This document shows positions 1-10,188 of a stretch of 64,000 nucleotides of DNA, in pieces (positions within the stretch are counted from its first letter, which is position 1; every line of letters begins with the position of its first letter). This DNA is from Candidatus Iainarchaeum sp. Its GTDB lineage: Archaea; B1Sed10-29; WALL01. The translations under genes and the position numbers were made by a program. Location of the stretch: NCBI GenBank assembly GCA_023129115.1, contig JAGMCR010000009.1, forward strand, positions 27,064-91,063, written 5' to 3'. A model generated the notes under the pieces. The model saw nothing but the letters and a program-made list of their open reading frames with translations, was not told the DNA's origin and did no database searches.

Positions 1-141
1 CAGGCAGTGGGTGCACCGCTTGATTGTAATGTCCTCTGTCTCGGCGAGGCCGGGGTGGTCCTTGAGGTAGCAGTCGATGCAGAACCCGCCGTGGAAGGGC
101 CTGTCCGTTGCACCGCACTTGGGGCAGAACTTTCCCTTCAC
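1..141 (-). CDS. NMD3-family protein, N-terminal part (runs off the window)
   Basis: Manual translation from GTG at 141: MKGKFCPKCGATDRPFHGGFCIDCYLKDHPGLAETEDITIKRCTHCL; CxxC pairs typical of the NMD3 N-terminus; start overlaps the stop of the upstream gene. Confidence 0.75.
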   Translation of the reverse strand, partial: MKGKFCPKCGATDRPFHGGFCIDCYLKDHPGLAETEDITIKRCTHCL

Positions 142-1421
142 AGGTAGTCCTCCAGCTTGTACTTTTCGCCGAGCTTTGGCGCGAAGGCGTAGCAGCCGAG
201 CTCGCCCTCGGCCCACTGGCGCAGCAGCTCGCACTGCTCTTCCTCGCCGTGGTTCACAAACACGACGGAGGGGCTCGCCTTTTTCAGCATCTTGTGCAGG
301 CCATCCTTCCCCGCGTGCGCCGAGAAGTCGAAGTGCCGGACGTCCAGCCCAGAGCAGTCTGCCGAGACCCTTTCTGTCTCGAACCTTTTTTCCTCGAGGA
401 GCTGGCGGCCGGGAGTGCCGGGCACCTGGAATCCCGTGAAGAAGACCGCGGACCTGTCGACGTCTCTTATGTCCTGGACGTAGCGCACGGCCGGCCCGCC
501 GGAGAGCATGCCAGCGGTCGAGACGATTACGGAGGGCTCGTTGAAGACGTCGTTGCGCTGTGGCGGCGCGACAATCCAGTTCACCCACTTCATGGCGTTG
601 TAGAACTGCTCGTAGTCCTTCAGGAGCTCGGGGAAGTCGAGGTAGATTTCGGTGACCGCCCTCGACATGCCGTCCATGTAGACCGGCACGTCAAGCTTGT
701 GGGCATAAAGCATCGTGATTATTTCCTGGGTTCGGCCGACGGCAAAGCACGGCAGGAGGACGGAGCCGCCGTTGTCGGTGACGCCCTTGATTGCCTCCAG
801 AAACTCGTCTTCCAGCTGCTTGCGCGGCGGGTGGTCGCGGTCGCCGTACGTGGCCTCGATGATTAGTGCGTCTGCGTTTTTTGGCAGGTCGGCGCCCTTG
901 TGCAGGCAAGTGTCCTCGGTCTTGAAGTCGCCGCTGTAAACGATTGTGCGGCCCTCGGCCTCGGCCTCGACTATTGCGGCGCCGAGTATGTGGCCAGCGT
1001 CCCTCGGGGTGACGGACACGTCGGAAGTGGCGTGGTAGGTCTTGCCGTAGCTCATGCCGTCCGTGTTCCGGAGCATGCGCTTGAACTGGGGCTTGCGGAA
1101 ACAGCGTGTCTTGTTGCTGGCGGCGATTTTCATGGAGTCCTGGAGCAGTAGCTGCACTATGGGGACGGACGCGGTGTGCGTCAGGACCTGTGGCTCGCCG
1201 GCCTGGAAGAGGAACGGGAGTGCGCCGCTGTGGTCGAGGTGCGCGTGCGACAGCACGGCCGCGTCAAGGAAGCCATGGACCGGGAGGGGGAACTGTGGCT
1301 CGCGGTTTTCCTCGTCGCTCATCTTCATTCCGTAGTCAAAAACGACTTTGCTCTTGTTGGTCTCGAGCAGTACCGCGCTCCTCCCAACTTCACGCGCGGC
1401 GCCCAAAAATGACAGCTGCAT
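138..1421 (-). CDS. Beta-CASP metallo-beta-lactamase-fold ribonuclease
   Basis: GAAREVGRS, SHAHLDHSG, AGHILG, EATYG, FSAHAG and NHGE motifs. Confidence 0.92.
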   Translation of the reverse strand: MQLSFLGAAREVGRSAVLLETNKSKVVFDYGMKMSDEENREPQFPLPVHGFLDAAVLSHAHLDHSGALPFLFQAGEPQVLTHTASVPIVQLLLQDSMKIAASNKTRCFRKPQFKRMLRNTDGMSYGKTYHATSDVSVTPRDAGHILGAAIVEAEAEGRTIVYSGDFKTEDTCLHKGADLPKNADALIIEATYGDRDHPPRKQLEDEFLEAIKGVTDNGGSVLLPCFAVGRTQEIITMLYAHKLDVPVYMDGMSRAVTEIYLDFPELLKDYEQFYNAMKWVNWIVAPPQRNDVFNEPSVIVSTAGMLSGGPAVRYVQDIRDVDRSAVFFTGFQVPGTPGRQLLEEKRFETERVSADCSGLDVRHFDFSAHAGKDGLHKMLKKASPSVVFVNHGEEEQCELLRQWAEGELGCYAFAPKLGEKYKLEDYL

Positions 1422-1475
1422 TGCGCTAGTTAAACCCGGGAAGATTTATAAAGCTACGGTGCCTCTTACGCTACA

Positions 1476-2105
1476 ATGCTGAGCATGAAGGCGGGGTTTG
1501 CGCTTCTCGACAAGTACGGAATCCCCACCGCGAAGTTCGCCGTCGTGAAGAGAGTTGACGCGGCGGCAAAGGCGGCGAAAAAAATCGGCTACCCCGTGGC
1601 GGTGAAGATTGACTCGCCGGACATTGTGCACAAGACAGAGCGTGGCGTCGTGGCGGCGAACCTGAAAGACGAGGCCGAGCTGCGCGCCGGGGTCAAGAGG
1701 GTGCTGAAGCGCGCTGGCAAGGCGAGGGTGAGGGGCATCATTGTCCAGGAACACTGCTCGGGGAAGGAAGTCATTATTGGCGGGACGTGCGACGCGCAGT
1801 TCGGCGACGTGGTGCTGTTCGGCCTCGGCGGAATCTTCGTCGAGGTGCTGAAGGACTTTTCTGTCCGCGTAACGCCCATCACCAGGAGGGACGCCAAATC
1901 GATGGTGAAGGAAATCCGTGGCTATCCACTTCTTGCCGGGACGAGGGGGGAGAAGCCCGTGGCAATCCCCACCATCGTGAACACAATTATCAAGGCGTCA
2001 AGAATGCTCGAGAGAGAGCCGAAGATAAAGGAGCTTGACATCAACCCGCTGTTCGTAGATGAAAAAGGGGTTAAGGCGGCTGACGTGAGAGTGATAACAT
2101 ACTGA
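1476..2105 (+). CDS. acdB: ADP-forming acetate-CoA ligase beta subunit (ATP-grasp)
   Basis: IGYPVAVK..SPDIVHKTE.G, FGLGGIFVEVLKD, ELDINPL. Confidence 0.9.
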   Translation: MLSMKAGFALLDKYGIPTAKFAVVKRVDAAAKAAKKIGYPVAVKIDSPDIVHKTERGVVAANLKDEAELRAGVKRVLKRAGKARVRGIIVQEHCSGKEVIIGGTCDAQFGDVVLFGLGGIFVEVLKDFSVRVTPITRRDAKSMVKEIRGYPLLAGTRGEKPVAIPTIVNTIIKASRMLEREPKIKELDINPLFVDEKGVKAADVRVITY

Positions 2106-2116
2106 GCCTCGATGTC

Positions 2117-3475
2117 GTGTTCAAGCCTAAGAGCGTGGCGATGGTCGGCGCGTCAGCGACTCCTGGAAAAATCGGGCACGTAATCCTGCAGGGGCTTATG
2201 AAGGGGTTCGAGGGGAGGGTTTATCCCGTGAACCCGCACGAGGAAGAGATACTCGGGCTCAAGTGCTACCCGAAAGTGGCGGCAATCCCGAAGCAGGTGG
2301 ATCTCGCGGTCATCGCGGTGCCCGCCAAGCTTGTGCCACAGGTGATGAGGGACTGCGGGAAAAAGGGCATGAGGGGCGCGATAATAATCTCGGGCGGGTT
2401 CAGCGAGATTGGCAACAAGGCGCTGGAAGACGAAGTGCGGCGCATAGCGAACAAGAACAAAATTGCAGTCATCGGGCCGAACTGCCTCGGCGTCTACGAC
2501 TCGTACAGCAAGATGGACACACTGTTCAACCCGCGGTACAAGATGGAGCGACCGAGGGAGGGCGGCATATCATTTATATCGCAGTCCGGAGCGGTCGGAG
2601 CGGTCGTAATGGACTGGGCCGGCGCAGAAGGGTTCGGGTTCAGCAAATTCATCTCGTACGGCAACGCGCTGAACATTGACGAGGTCGACCTGCTGGACTA
2701 CCTCGGCAAGGACCCGAGCACCAAGGTAATATGCATGTACCTCGAGGGCACGCGCAGGGGCAAGGACTTCATCAAGGCCGCGAAGCGCGTCAGCCTCAAA
2801 AAGCCCATCATTGGCCTGAAGGCGGGGAAGAGCGACGAGGGTGCGAAGGCGGTTGCGTCGCATACGGGCTCACTTGCCGGCACAGCCAGGGTGTGGGAGG
2901 CCGCGTTCCGCCAAGCGGGCGTGGTCGAGGCGAGGAGCATGCCCGAAGTGTTCAACTACGCGCGCGCGTTCGCGGAGCAGCCGCTGCCGAAGGGCGGCAG
3001 GGTCGGCATAATCACTAATGGGGGAGGGTTCGGCGTGCTCGCGACCGACGCGTGCATAGAGAATGGCCTGGAAGTCCCGCCGCTGGCCAAGAAGACCGCG
3101 CAGGAAATCCGGAAAAAAGTGCCTTCGTACGCGACCGTGAAGAACCCGATTGACCTAGTGGGCGACTCGGACTATTTGAGGTATGAGGCCGCCATCAACG
3201 CCCTGCTGAAGGACAAGTCAATCGACTCGATACTCTGCATCGTGCTGTTCCAGACCGCCGACATAGACTCGAGAGTGATAAGCGTGATTTCAGAGGCGAG
3301 CGACTTGGCGAAGAAGCCGATAGTCTGCTGCGCAGCCGGCGGCGAGTACTCGAGGCTGCACAGCCAATTGCTTGAGGAGGCCGGAGTCCCAACGTTCAGC
3401 AGCCTCAAGGCGGCGGCTGACACGCTGGCAGCAATAACTTATTACGATGAGTTCAGGAAGTCTGTCCGGAAATAA
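2117..3475 (+). CDS. acdA: ADP-forming acetate-CoA ligase alpha subunit
   Basis: FKPKSVAMVGAS, IGPNCLG, SQSGA, SHTGSLAG (phospho-His), NPIDL. Confidence 0.92.
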   Translation: MFKPKSVAMVGASATPGKIGHVILQGLMKGFEGRVYPVNPHEEEILGLKCYPKVAAIPKQVDLAVIAVPAKLVPQVMRDCGKKGMRGAIIISGGFSEIGNKALEDEVRRIANKNKIAVIGPNCLGVYDSYSKMDTLFNPRYKMERPREGGISFISQSGAVGAVVMDWAGAEGFGFSKFISYGNALNIDEVDLLDYLGKDPSTKVICMYLEGTRRGKDFIKAAKRVSLKKPIIGLKAGKSDEGAKAVASHTGSLAGTARVWEAAFRQAGVVEARSMPEVFNYARAFAEQPLPKGGRVGIITNGGGFGVLATDACIENGLEVPPLAKKTAQEIRKKVPSYATVKNPIDLVGDSDYLRYEAAINALLKDKSIDSILCIVLFQTADIDSRVISVISEASDLAKKPIVCCAAGGEYSRLHSQLLEEAGVPTFSSLKAAADTLAAITYYDEFRKSVRK

Positions 3476-4637
3476 TTTTCCGCGCTTCCTCTTCCTTTCC
3501 TTCCACGAGCAGCGGCAGCAGGTCAGGGGCGCGGGGGCCGGAGTAGCCGGCCTGCTCAAGGTTTTTCTCGAGGATGGAGAGGCCGATTTCGTCAATGCTT
3601 TTCTTTGCCTGGGCCTCGCGGAGTATCTCTATTTTTTTCTTGAAGTGCTCGGACTCGGCCGTGCTGTCGACGCTGATGACAAGGGAGTCGAAGCCGCGCG
3701 TGATGTCTGCAGTGCTCAGGAAAGAGCCGGGCGGGAGCGAGCCCGTGACCTTCAGCTTGACGAGGGGGTGCGGGTTGTGCGGCCTGATGCCCTCGAGGAG
3801 CTCGCGGGCCTTGCGCACAGTTTCTGCGGCATCGCCGGTCGCCTTGAGCTCGAGGCAGTAGAGCTTCCTCGGCGTGTCGAGCGATTCGGACGAGAGCTCA
3901 CCTGTAGCGGTGTCGTAGAACCAGACGCGCTTCGGGTGCTCTGACTCGGACTTTATCATCTGTGTGATTATGGTGCTGCCCGGGTGGAGCAAAGTCTTGC
4001 CGTCCTTCTGCTTCACGTCGCCGGTGTGGACGTGGCCATTTATGTATAGGTCGAAGCCGTCTGGGAGGTCGCCCATCGAGAGGAAGGCGGCGTCTTCGTA
4101 GACGTATTCCCTAAAGCTCTGGTGCAGGACGAGTATGTTGACGGCGCCGGGCAGCGGCTTGAAGCTGCATTCTTTGAGTGCGAGGGGCGCGTACTGTTCG
4201 GGCACGCCGCCCATGCCGTGGATGGCGACGCTTTCGCCCTGCCTGGAGATGATGACAGCGTCGTTGTGTGCGGCCACGCACAAGCCCGCGGCCTCGAGGA
4301 GCTGGACAGGGTTCGTGAGCCCCCTGGCGCGCCGCTCGTGCGTGCCGTGTATTGCGACGACTGGAGTGCCCATGCTGGCCGGGACTTCCCTGCCCGAGCG
4401 GAAGCCGGTGATTGCGGCGGGGCTGTGGGACGAGTGCACAAGACGCAGGACGCGCATGGCCTTGTCCATGACCTCTGGCTTGGGCACGCGGGAGTCGAAG
4501 ATGTCGCCCGGGAGGATTATGGCGTCGGCGTCAAGGCACTTGGCGATTGCCTCGCGGCCCTGGACAAAAGAGTCTTCCTGGCGCTCGGTGCCCCACGCGT
4601 AGCCGAAGTGCATGTCACTGGCGATGGCTATTTTCAT
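3453..4637 (-). CDS. mre11: Mre11/SbcD-family DNA repair nuclease
   Basis: Metallophosphoesterase motifs SDMHFG, GDIFD, HGTHE, LHQ, GHVH, HPGS. Confidence 0.85.
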   Translation of the reverse strand: MKIAIASDMHFGYAWGTERQEDSFVQGREAIAKCLDADAIILPGDIFDSRVPKPEVMDKAMRVLRLVHSSHSPAAITGFRSGREVPASMGTPVVAIHGTHERRARGLTNPVQLLEAAGLCVAAHNDAVIISRQGESVAIHGMGGVPEQYAPLALKECSFKPLPGAVNILVLHQSFREYVYEDAAFLSMGDLPDGFDLYINGHVHTGDVKQKDGKTLLHPGSTIITQMIKSESEHPKRVWFYDTATGELSSESLDTPRKLYCLELKATGDAAETVRKARELLEGIRPHNPHPLVKLKVTGSLPPGSFLSTADITRGFDSLVISVDSTAESEHFKKKIEILREAQAKKSIDEIGLSILEKNLEQAGYSGPRAPDLLPLLVEGKEEEARKIISGQTS

Positions 4638-4663
4638 CGAGAAGAGTTAGGCAGAAGAGAGTA

Positions 4664-5635
4664 TTAAAGGGTTTTGATGAACTTCTGTGTCTTGGAGACG
4701 CAAATGGAAAGGGCGTCGTCGAGCGCGTCTGGGTTCACGCCGTTGGCCCCGGCGGCTGCTGCGTGGCCGCCCGCGTCGCCGCCTATTAGTTCGGCTATTG
4801 AGGGTAGGATGTCGCGCCCCAGGTGCAGGCCTTTTTTGACTAGGTCGTCCCTGGCACGCGCGCTTATGCGGGCCTCGCCCTCTTTTGCCGCCGCGACGAA
4901 CGAGACGTCGGCGCCAAGGCGAAGCAGTGAGCGGGCCACGCTGCCCTCGAACGAGCTTACGTGGCTGGCCACGATTATGTAGCCGCCCTCGCGCGTTATC
5001 TTGAGGCGCTGCGCGCCCTTGAGCCGCGCGATTTTCTCTGCCTGCTCGCGGGGGGCGGCAATCAGCTTCAGGACTTCCTGAAAAGAAGCTTTTGTCTCGG
5101 TGAGCGACTCGGCGAGCACGCCGAAGGCCTCTGGCGTTGCCGCGATGAAGTTCGCGGAGTCCGTCACTATGCCCGCGCACACCGCGAGTGCAGTTTCTTT
5201 GGTCAGCGGCTCATCCATTTCCTTCAGGAGGGAATAAATGATTTGTGTGGTGGAGACTGCAGCCTCGTCGATTATGCACTCGTCGAACCCCTTCATCACG
5301 CCGTCTTTGGGCGAGTGGTGGTCAATCAAGATTTTCTTGGCCTTGGACTTCTTGACTGAGTCCAGGTCGAAGAGGGACGGCGAGTTTGTGTCCAGCACGA
5401 TTATGCAGTCCACAGAGAAGTCGGGCTCCGTGATTTCAAGGCCGAACACACTGGCAAAGTCGGCTATCTGGCCGTTGACCGCGCCCTCGGCCGATATAGT
5501 TACTTTCTTTTTCCTGCGCTTGAGGGCGAGTGCGAGTGCGGCCGCTGACGCGATGCTGTCTATGTCGGGAGAACGGTGCGGCAGCAAAAGAAATGAGTTG
5601 GATTCCTTGATTAAGGAAACTGCTTTCTTACTCAT
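4664..5635 (-). CDS. DHH/DHHA1 phosphoesterase
   Basis: H.SPDIDS, IDHH, GGGH-like GGDAGGHAAAAG; usual neighbour of prefoldin beta. Confidence 0.9.
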   Translation of the reverse strand: MSKKAVSLIKESNSFLLLPHRSPDIDSIASAAALALALKRRKKKVTISAEGAVNGQIADFASVFGLEITEPDFSVDCIIVLDTNSPSLFDLDSVKKSKAKKILIDHHSPKDGVMKGFDECIIDEAAVSTTQIIYSLLKEMDEPLTKETALAVCAGIVTDSANFIAATPEAFGVLAESLTETKASFQEVLKLIAAPREQAEKIARLKGAQRLKITREGGYIIVASHVSSFEGSVARSLLRLGADVSFVAAAKEGEARISARARDDLVKKGLHLGRDILPSIAELIGGDAGGHAAAAGANGVNPDALDDALSICVSKTQKFIKTL

Positions 5636-5951
5636 TCTTTTCAGACTCGCGGAGCTTCTTCTGCAGCTCTTCGAGGCGCTTCTTCAGCTTTTCTTCCTGT
5701 GGGGCCAGCTTCGCCAGATCCTCGGTCGCCTGCTTCTTCTGCTCCTCGAGGCGCTTTGTGACATCGTCCTTGGTGCTCTCGATGAGCACGGCGCCGGTGG
5801 CGAAGTAGACCTTGCCGGTGGCGTTCTCGAGCTCCTTGAGAGTCGCGTCCATTTCAGCGTTCCTTGCTTCAAGGGCCTGCTTCTGCAGCGCCACCATTTG
5901 GTATTGCTGGCTGTAGGCCCGGTACTCTTGCATCTCTTCTTCGGTTGGCAT
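5628..5951 (-). CDS. pfdB: Prefoldin beta subunit
   Basis: Coiled coil with VYFATGAVLIE hairpin; exosome superoperon position. Confidence 0.88.
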   Translation of the reverse strand: MPTEEEMQEYRAYSQQYQMVALQKQALEARNAEMDATLKELENATGKVYFATGAVLIESTKDDVTKRLEEQKKQATEDLAKLAPQEEKLKKRLEELQKKLRESEKNE

Positions 5952-5957
5952 ATTGTT

Positions 5958-6179
5958 TCACCTCATTACTGACAGGCACGCGTCGAGCAGCCGGAGGCTG
6001 CTGTTTGCCGACGCGCGGATGGCGACATTGTCGTCGCCGTGAATGTCAATCCTTATTTTTTTCCCTTGCGGGGCGAAGGCAATCGTGCCCCGCTTTGGCT
6101 TCGCGTCTGCCGCGAGGGCCTTCGCGATGGCCCTGGCCTTTTTTTCTTCGCCCGTGTCGACCTCGATTTCGAGCCTCAT
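5958..6179 (-). CDS. pcc1: KEOPS complex subunit Pcc1
   Basis: 73 aa from ATG 6179 ending IRASANSSLRLL; conserved position between Brix and pfdB. Confidence 0.82.
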   Translation of the reverse strand: MRLEIEVDTGEEKKARAIAKALAADAKPKRGTIAFAPQGKKIRIDIHGDDNVAIRASANSSLRLLDACLSVMR

Positions 6180-6634
6180 GCTTTTTCCTTCCTGAGGTGA
6201 AGCCGCGGCCCGACTTCCGCGCCGCCCTGGATGAATGTTATTGCGTCCTTGTTCGCGGAAAGCACTGTGTCGCTTTCCCCTGGCTCGACGCCGAGCGCCT
6301 CGGCGAACCCGATTTCGTCTTCCACTGCAAGCGCGTCCGGCCTCTTGGATCGGCCGAACTCGCGCCCGAGCCTCACGCCCTTGATGGGGAACTCCTTGCC
6401 CCACTCCCAGCCGGCCTCGTCCACTTCAAGGACGCGTATGGAGCTGGGGTTGCCGTGCCGCCCCGTGACGACCGCCACAACCGAATAGCCCTCCTGGCGG
6501 GCCTTTTCGGCTACGGAGTCGATGGGCTGCTTGCCCCTCGTGAGCGAGACAGAGCCGGGGATTAGCCGGGCCATCTCTTTCACGAGCGAGCGCACCCGGG
6601 CACATGGCTTCCGTGAAGTCGTGAACAGTGGCAT
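6176..6634 (-). CDS. Brix/Imp4-domain ribosome biogenesis protein
   Basis: TTSRKP, RGK, HGNP motifs; operon context. Confidence 0.85.
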   Translation of the reverse strand: MPLFTTSRKPCARVRSLVKEMARLIPGSVSLTRGKQPIDSVAEKARQEGYSVVAVVTGRHGNPSSIRVLEVDEAGWEWGKEFPIKGVRLGREFGRSKRPDALAVEDEIGFAEALGVEPGESDTVLSANKDAITFIQGGAEVGPRLHLRKEKA

Positions 6635-6763
6635 TCACACAGCCTGCACTTTCTTTGCGAGTGGGGGGCGCTCCTTTGTGATTATCTTGTGGCCGCAGTA
6701 AGGGCACGTCACGAACTTTTCCACGTCGTCAATCTTTTTTCCGCAGTTCTGGCACGTGTACAT
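6635..6763 (-). CDS. rpoP: RNA polymerase subunit P (Rpo12)
   Basis: Manual translation MYTCQNCGKKIDDVEKFVTCPYCGHKIITKERPPTRKKVQAV (not in ORF track); Zn ribbon, downstream of eL43. Confidence 0.9.
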   Translation of the reverse strand: MYTCQNCGKKIDDVEKFVTCPYCGHKIITKERPPLAKKVQAV

Positions 6764-7330
6764 CTACTTCGCCTCCTCTTCGGCTGGCTCTTCCTCTTCT
6801 TCAGGGTTTTCCTCACCAGAAGAACTGGGAGAGTCGCCAGTTGGCGACTCCCCGGTTGGAACGTTCTCCGGCTCTTCGGTTGGAGAGTCTTCTGCCTTTT
6901 CGGCTGTGGCTTCGGTTGGCTCGGCTGCCTTCTTGGCTTTCTTCTTGGCTTTCTTCTTGGCTTTCTTCTTGGCTGTCTTCTTCTTCGGAGCCGCCGCTTT
7001 CTTCGGCTCTTCTTTTTCTTCGACTGCCTCGTAGGCAGCGATGATTTCTTCCTTGGCCGCGCCCTGGACAGCGCGCTGGCTTATCCTGCCGACGTCTGTT
7101 TGGGGGGCGTACGCGCCGCCGGCCAGCTTGGTCCTGCACTTGGTGCACTCCCAGATGCCGGTCGAGACGCGCTTCAGCGAGACCTTGCCGCACTGCGGGC
7201 ACTTGTGCTTGGACTTGGCCTTAGCCTCCGCCTTTCGCACGTTCTCGCGGATTTTCCTTCCGTAGCGCGCGCCGTACCTTCCGGCTATGCCGACCTTCTT
7301 GGTCTTCCTCAGCCTCTTCCTTGTGGCCAT
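6764..7330 (-). CDS. rpl37ae: 50S ribosomal protein L37Ae (eL43) with long C-terminal extension
   Basis: AGRYGARYG, CPQC, GIWECTKC, AGGAY; start taken at ATG 7330. Confidence 0.93.
   Translation of the reverse strand: MATRKRLRKTKKVGIAGRYGARYGRKIRENVRKAEAKAKSKHKCPQCGKVSLKRVSTGIWECTKCRTKLAGGAYAPQTDVGRISQRAVQGAAKEEIIAAYEAVEEKEEPKKAAAPKKKTAKKKAKKKAKKKAKKAAEPTEATAEKAEDSPTEEPENVPTGESPTGDSPSSSGEENPEEEEEPAEEEAK
6930..6974 (-). repeat. 12-bp tandem repeat encoding KKAK units in the eL43 tail
   Basis: ttcttggctttc repeated about 3.5 times. Confidence 0.85.
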
Positions 7331-7341
7331 GCCAAACCGCC

Positions 7342-8124
7342 TCACAATAGCTTTGTCAGTTCCTTTGACTTCTTGAAGGACATGTCGACGAGCTCGTCGA
7401 TTTCCTTCATTGTGAAAGAGCCGTTCCCGCCCTTCTGCATGGCGCATATCCTGTCGCCGACCGTTGCCACGGTGAGCCTGGCGTCAAGCGCCTTGTCCTC
7501 GCCGAGCGACGGGTCGAGCATCAGCATGTCGCCAATCTTGAAGAAAGTGCACTCCACTGGCTTCTTCTGCACCGACAGCTTGCCCTTCGTCTCCTCGCGG
7601 ATGACTTTGCCGTCCTCGTACTTCGGCATCTTCGTGTTCAGCAGGGCCGAAATCGCGGCCAATGCGAACGCGTCGAACAAGTTGCCGTTGTAGTCCAGGA
7701 CATGCAGGTCAAGTATCACCATCCAGACCTCTTCGCCTTCTGTGACGCAGAGCTTTTCGAAGTCAAGGGTCCCGGACTCACGGATTCCGCGGTCCACGAC
7801 TCTCGCGTACTCTACGGCGTTCGGCCTAGGCGGGCCGGACTCGAACATCGGCGACGCGATTGGCGTCAGCTCAACGCTCGTCATCAGCGTTCCTGCGTTC
7901 AGCTTGTCGGGGTAGGGCGTGCCCATCACGAGGCTTACGCCCGCGATGACTTCCGTCTTCCCGAGCCTCACGCGGGTCGAGCCGAGGGCGTTGGGTATGT
8001 AGCCGTTCTCGAGCTCTATTTTCCTGTACTCGAACGGCTTGCGCTTGTCTTCCCTCATCTTTTTCTTCGCCAAGTGGCGGGTGTAGTCAGTCTTTATTTC
8101 CCATGAAATGTCTTCAACAGTCAT
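7342..8124 (-). CDS. rrp42: Exosome complex component Rrp42
   Basis: RNase PH fold; [26 protein letters not shown]. Confidence 0.95.
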   Translation of the reverse strand: MTVEDISWEIKTDYTRHLAKKKMREDKRKPFEYRKIELENGYIPNALGSTRVRLGKTEVIAGVSLVMGTPYPDKLNAGTLMTSVELTPIASPMFESGPPRPNAVEYARVVDRGIRESGTLDFEKLCVTEGEEVWMVILDLHVLDYNGNLFDAFALAAISALLNTKMPKYEDGKVIREETKGKLSVQKKPVECTFFKIGDMLMLDPSLGEDKALDARLTVATVGDRICAMQKGGNGSFTMKEIDELVDMSFKKSKELTKLL

Positions 8125-8852
8125 TCCTTGCCACCCCCTTTCTTGAAGCGCTCAGTAAGTGCCTTCTTCTGCAGCTCATAGATTTGCTTGGCTGCCTTGA
8201 CAGACATGTCAATTGCCTCCTTGAACTCTTCCTTTGTCAGGTCACCGTCCATCTGCAGCAGAACGATTTCCTCGCTGTGCGGCAGGATGGCGATTGGCAC
8301 GTCGGCCTGGCCGAAGTTGTCCTCTTTTTTGCCCAGGTCAAGCACGACGGTGTCGTCGATTTTGCCTGCGGCGCATGACACAATCAGGTCCCTCATGGGG
8401 AGCCCGGCGTCGGCTGCGGCGACCGCGGCCGCGGTAAGCGCGGCGCAGCGCGTGCCCGCATCTGCCTGGAGGACTTCCACGAACACGTTAATCATTGTGT
8501 TGGGGAACTTCTCTACCTCGATGACTCTCTCGAGCGCCTCTGCCGAGATTTTGCTTATCTCGGTGGACCTGCGGTCGGGGCCCGGCCTCTTCCGGTCGTC
8601 CACAGAAAATGGCGCCATGTTGTAGCGGTAGGTGAGGTATGCCTTGTAGGGGCTGGACCTGTGCCTCGGGAGGCACTCGCGCGGGCCGTAGACGCCTGCG
8701 ATTACCTTGTTCCCACCCCACTCCAAATAAGCGGAGCCATTAGCGTTGTCGAGCACTCCTGCCTTGATTGTTATCGGCCTGAGCTCGTCGGGCTTTCTCC
8801 CGTCCAAGCGCTTTCCGTTTTTTATTAGTTTCAAATCACTTTTCATTCCCAT
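8121..8852 (-). CDS. rrp41: Exosome complex exonuclease Rrp41
   Basis: [31 protein letters not shown]. Confidence 0.95.
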   Translation of the reverse strand: MGMKSDLKLIKNGKRLDGRKPDELRPITIKAGVLDNANGSAYLEWGGNKVIAGVYGPRECLPRHRSSPYKAYLTYRYNMAPFSVDDRKRPGPDRRSTEISKISAEALERVIEVEKFPNTMINVFVEVLQADAGTRCAALTAAAVAAADAGLPMRDLIVSCAAGKIDDTVVLDLGKKEDNFGQADVPIAILPHSEEIVLLQMDGDLTKEEFKEAIDMSVKAAKQIYELQKKALTERFKKGGGKE

Positions 8853-9468
8853 CTTTTCCACCTGTCTCCAATAGTTTCTTTATCCTGTCTGTAAGTCCTT
8901 TAGTGTGAGCCTCGCGCTCTATGAGGCGGATGGCCGCCTCGGCGCGAGCGATGTCCTCTTCTTCTCCCTTGATGTATATCCGGCCGTTGCGGCCGACGAA
9001 TATCCTGCAGTTGCTCCCCGCCGCCAGGGTCTCGACCATGGACGCCTGCCTGCCGACGATGCGGGGTATCTTGACCGGGGAAACGTTAATCAGCTTGCCG
9101 CCGTACAGCGGCTTCGCGAAGTCAAGGTCCATCTTGTTGATTTCGTTGACGTGCTTGATTTCCATTATCATGAGGTCGCCGATTTTGTACTCCCTGTCGC
9201 CGAAAAACGATAGGTAGCCGGTGTATGCCGAGTTTATGTCGACGAAGCAGCCCTTGCCCATGAGGCCCTCGATGATGCCAATCACGTGGTCGCCCTCGCG
9301 CGGCATGTACCTGCCGTTGAGCGGGACTACTTTGGCGAATCCCTTGGACGTGTCCACAAGGCCCATGACGTCCGCATAAACGCCGTCCTTTTTCTTGAAG
9401 GTCCCGTGTCCAGCCCTCAGCTCTTTTCCTCCAGCGATTTTTTCGCCGGGAATAACTACTTCACGCAT
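8836..9468 (-). CDS. rrp4: Exosome RNA-binding cap protein Rrp4
   Basis: VVIPGE, Y.PREGD.VIG (S1), KH-like [21 protein letters not shown]. Confidence 0.93.
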   Translation of the reverse strand: MREVVIPGEKIAGGKELRAGHGTFKKKDGVYADVMGLVDTSKGFAKVVPLNGRYMPREGDHVIGIIEGLMGKGCFVDINSAYTGYLSFFGDREYKIGDLMIMEIKHVNEINKMDLDFAKPLYGGKLINVSPVKIPRIVGRQASMVETLAAGSNCRIFVGRNGRIYIKGEEEDIARAEAAIRLIEREAHTKGLTDRIKKLLETGGKDGNEK

Positions 9469-9492
9469 TTCTCTCTTCCTTCCCAACAAAAC

Positions 9493-10188
9493 TTAGATTG
9501 TTTCTATTAGCTTGGTTTCTACCGAGCCATGGGTTGATGAATTAAGCTTATCATAAACAGCCGACTGCATTCCCGCCGGCATTTCGACGACTGCCACGAG
9601 TGAGCCGTCGTTCTTCCACTCCTCTTTCACCCTCTTCAGGTCGTGCAAGAGCCCGTAGACCTTGCCCGTGTACTGCGGCGGCACGCGGATTTCGACGCGG
9701 ACCAGCGCGAACTTGATTGGCAGCACGGGCCGCAGCTTCTCGACGACTTCGTCGACCTGCCGCGACGTGGCCTTTACGGGGTCGATGTGCACCTTCGCCT
9801 CGTCCATCGCCTTCTCGATTCGGGCGGGCGGGTGCGGCGTGTTGCTCCTCGGGTCAATCGCGTTCTGGGCGATTGCATTGATTATCTGCTTTTTCTTGGC
9901 CTTGATGAGCTCCTTCCGCTGCTCCGTCGTCATCTGGATTTCGCCTTTCGCGATTATCCTCTTCGCGACCTTGTCGAAGTCCGTGGTGCCGAACGACTCC
10001 TTCAGGGCCTCTTCGCTGGCCTTCTCCGCCTTGGACGCGTCGCGGTAGACCTCGTCCGAGGCCACCCAGTCCCTGACCGGGAGGTCTTTCTCCTTTGCCT
10101 CTGCCGCCATCTCGGGGTCCACGAGTATCTCGAAGTGGTGGCCGTGCGTCGTGAGCCTTGCGATGACAGCGTCGTCCAGTGAAATCAT
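9493..10188 (-). CDS. Ribosome maturation protein SBDS/Sdo1
   Basis: From ATG 10188: VIARL..HFEILVDP, PHPPARIEKAM, LPIKF. Confidence 0.93.
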   Translation of the reverse strand: MISLDDAVIARLTTHGHHFEILVDPEMAAEAKEKDLPVRDWVASDEVYRDASKAEKASEEALKESFGTTDFDKVAKRIIAKGEIQMTTEQRKELIKAKKKQIINAIAQNAIDPRSNTPHPPARIEKAMDEAKVHIDPVKATSRQVDEVVEKLRPVLPIKFALVRVEIRVPPQYTGKVYGLLHDLKRVKEEWKNDGSLVAVVEMPAGMQSAVYDKLNSSTHGSVETKLIETI

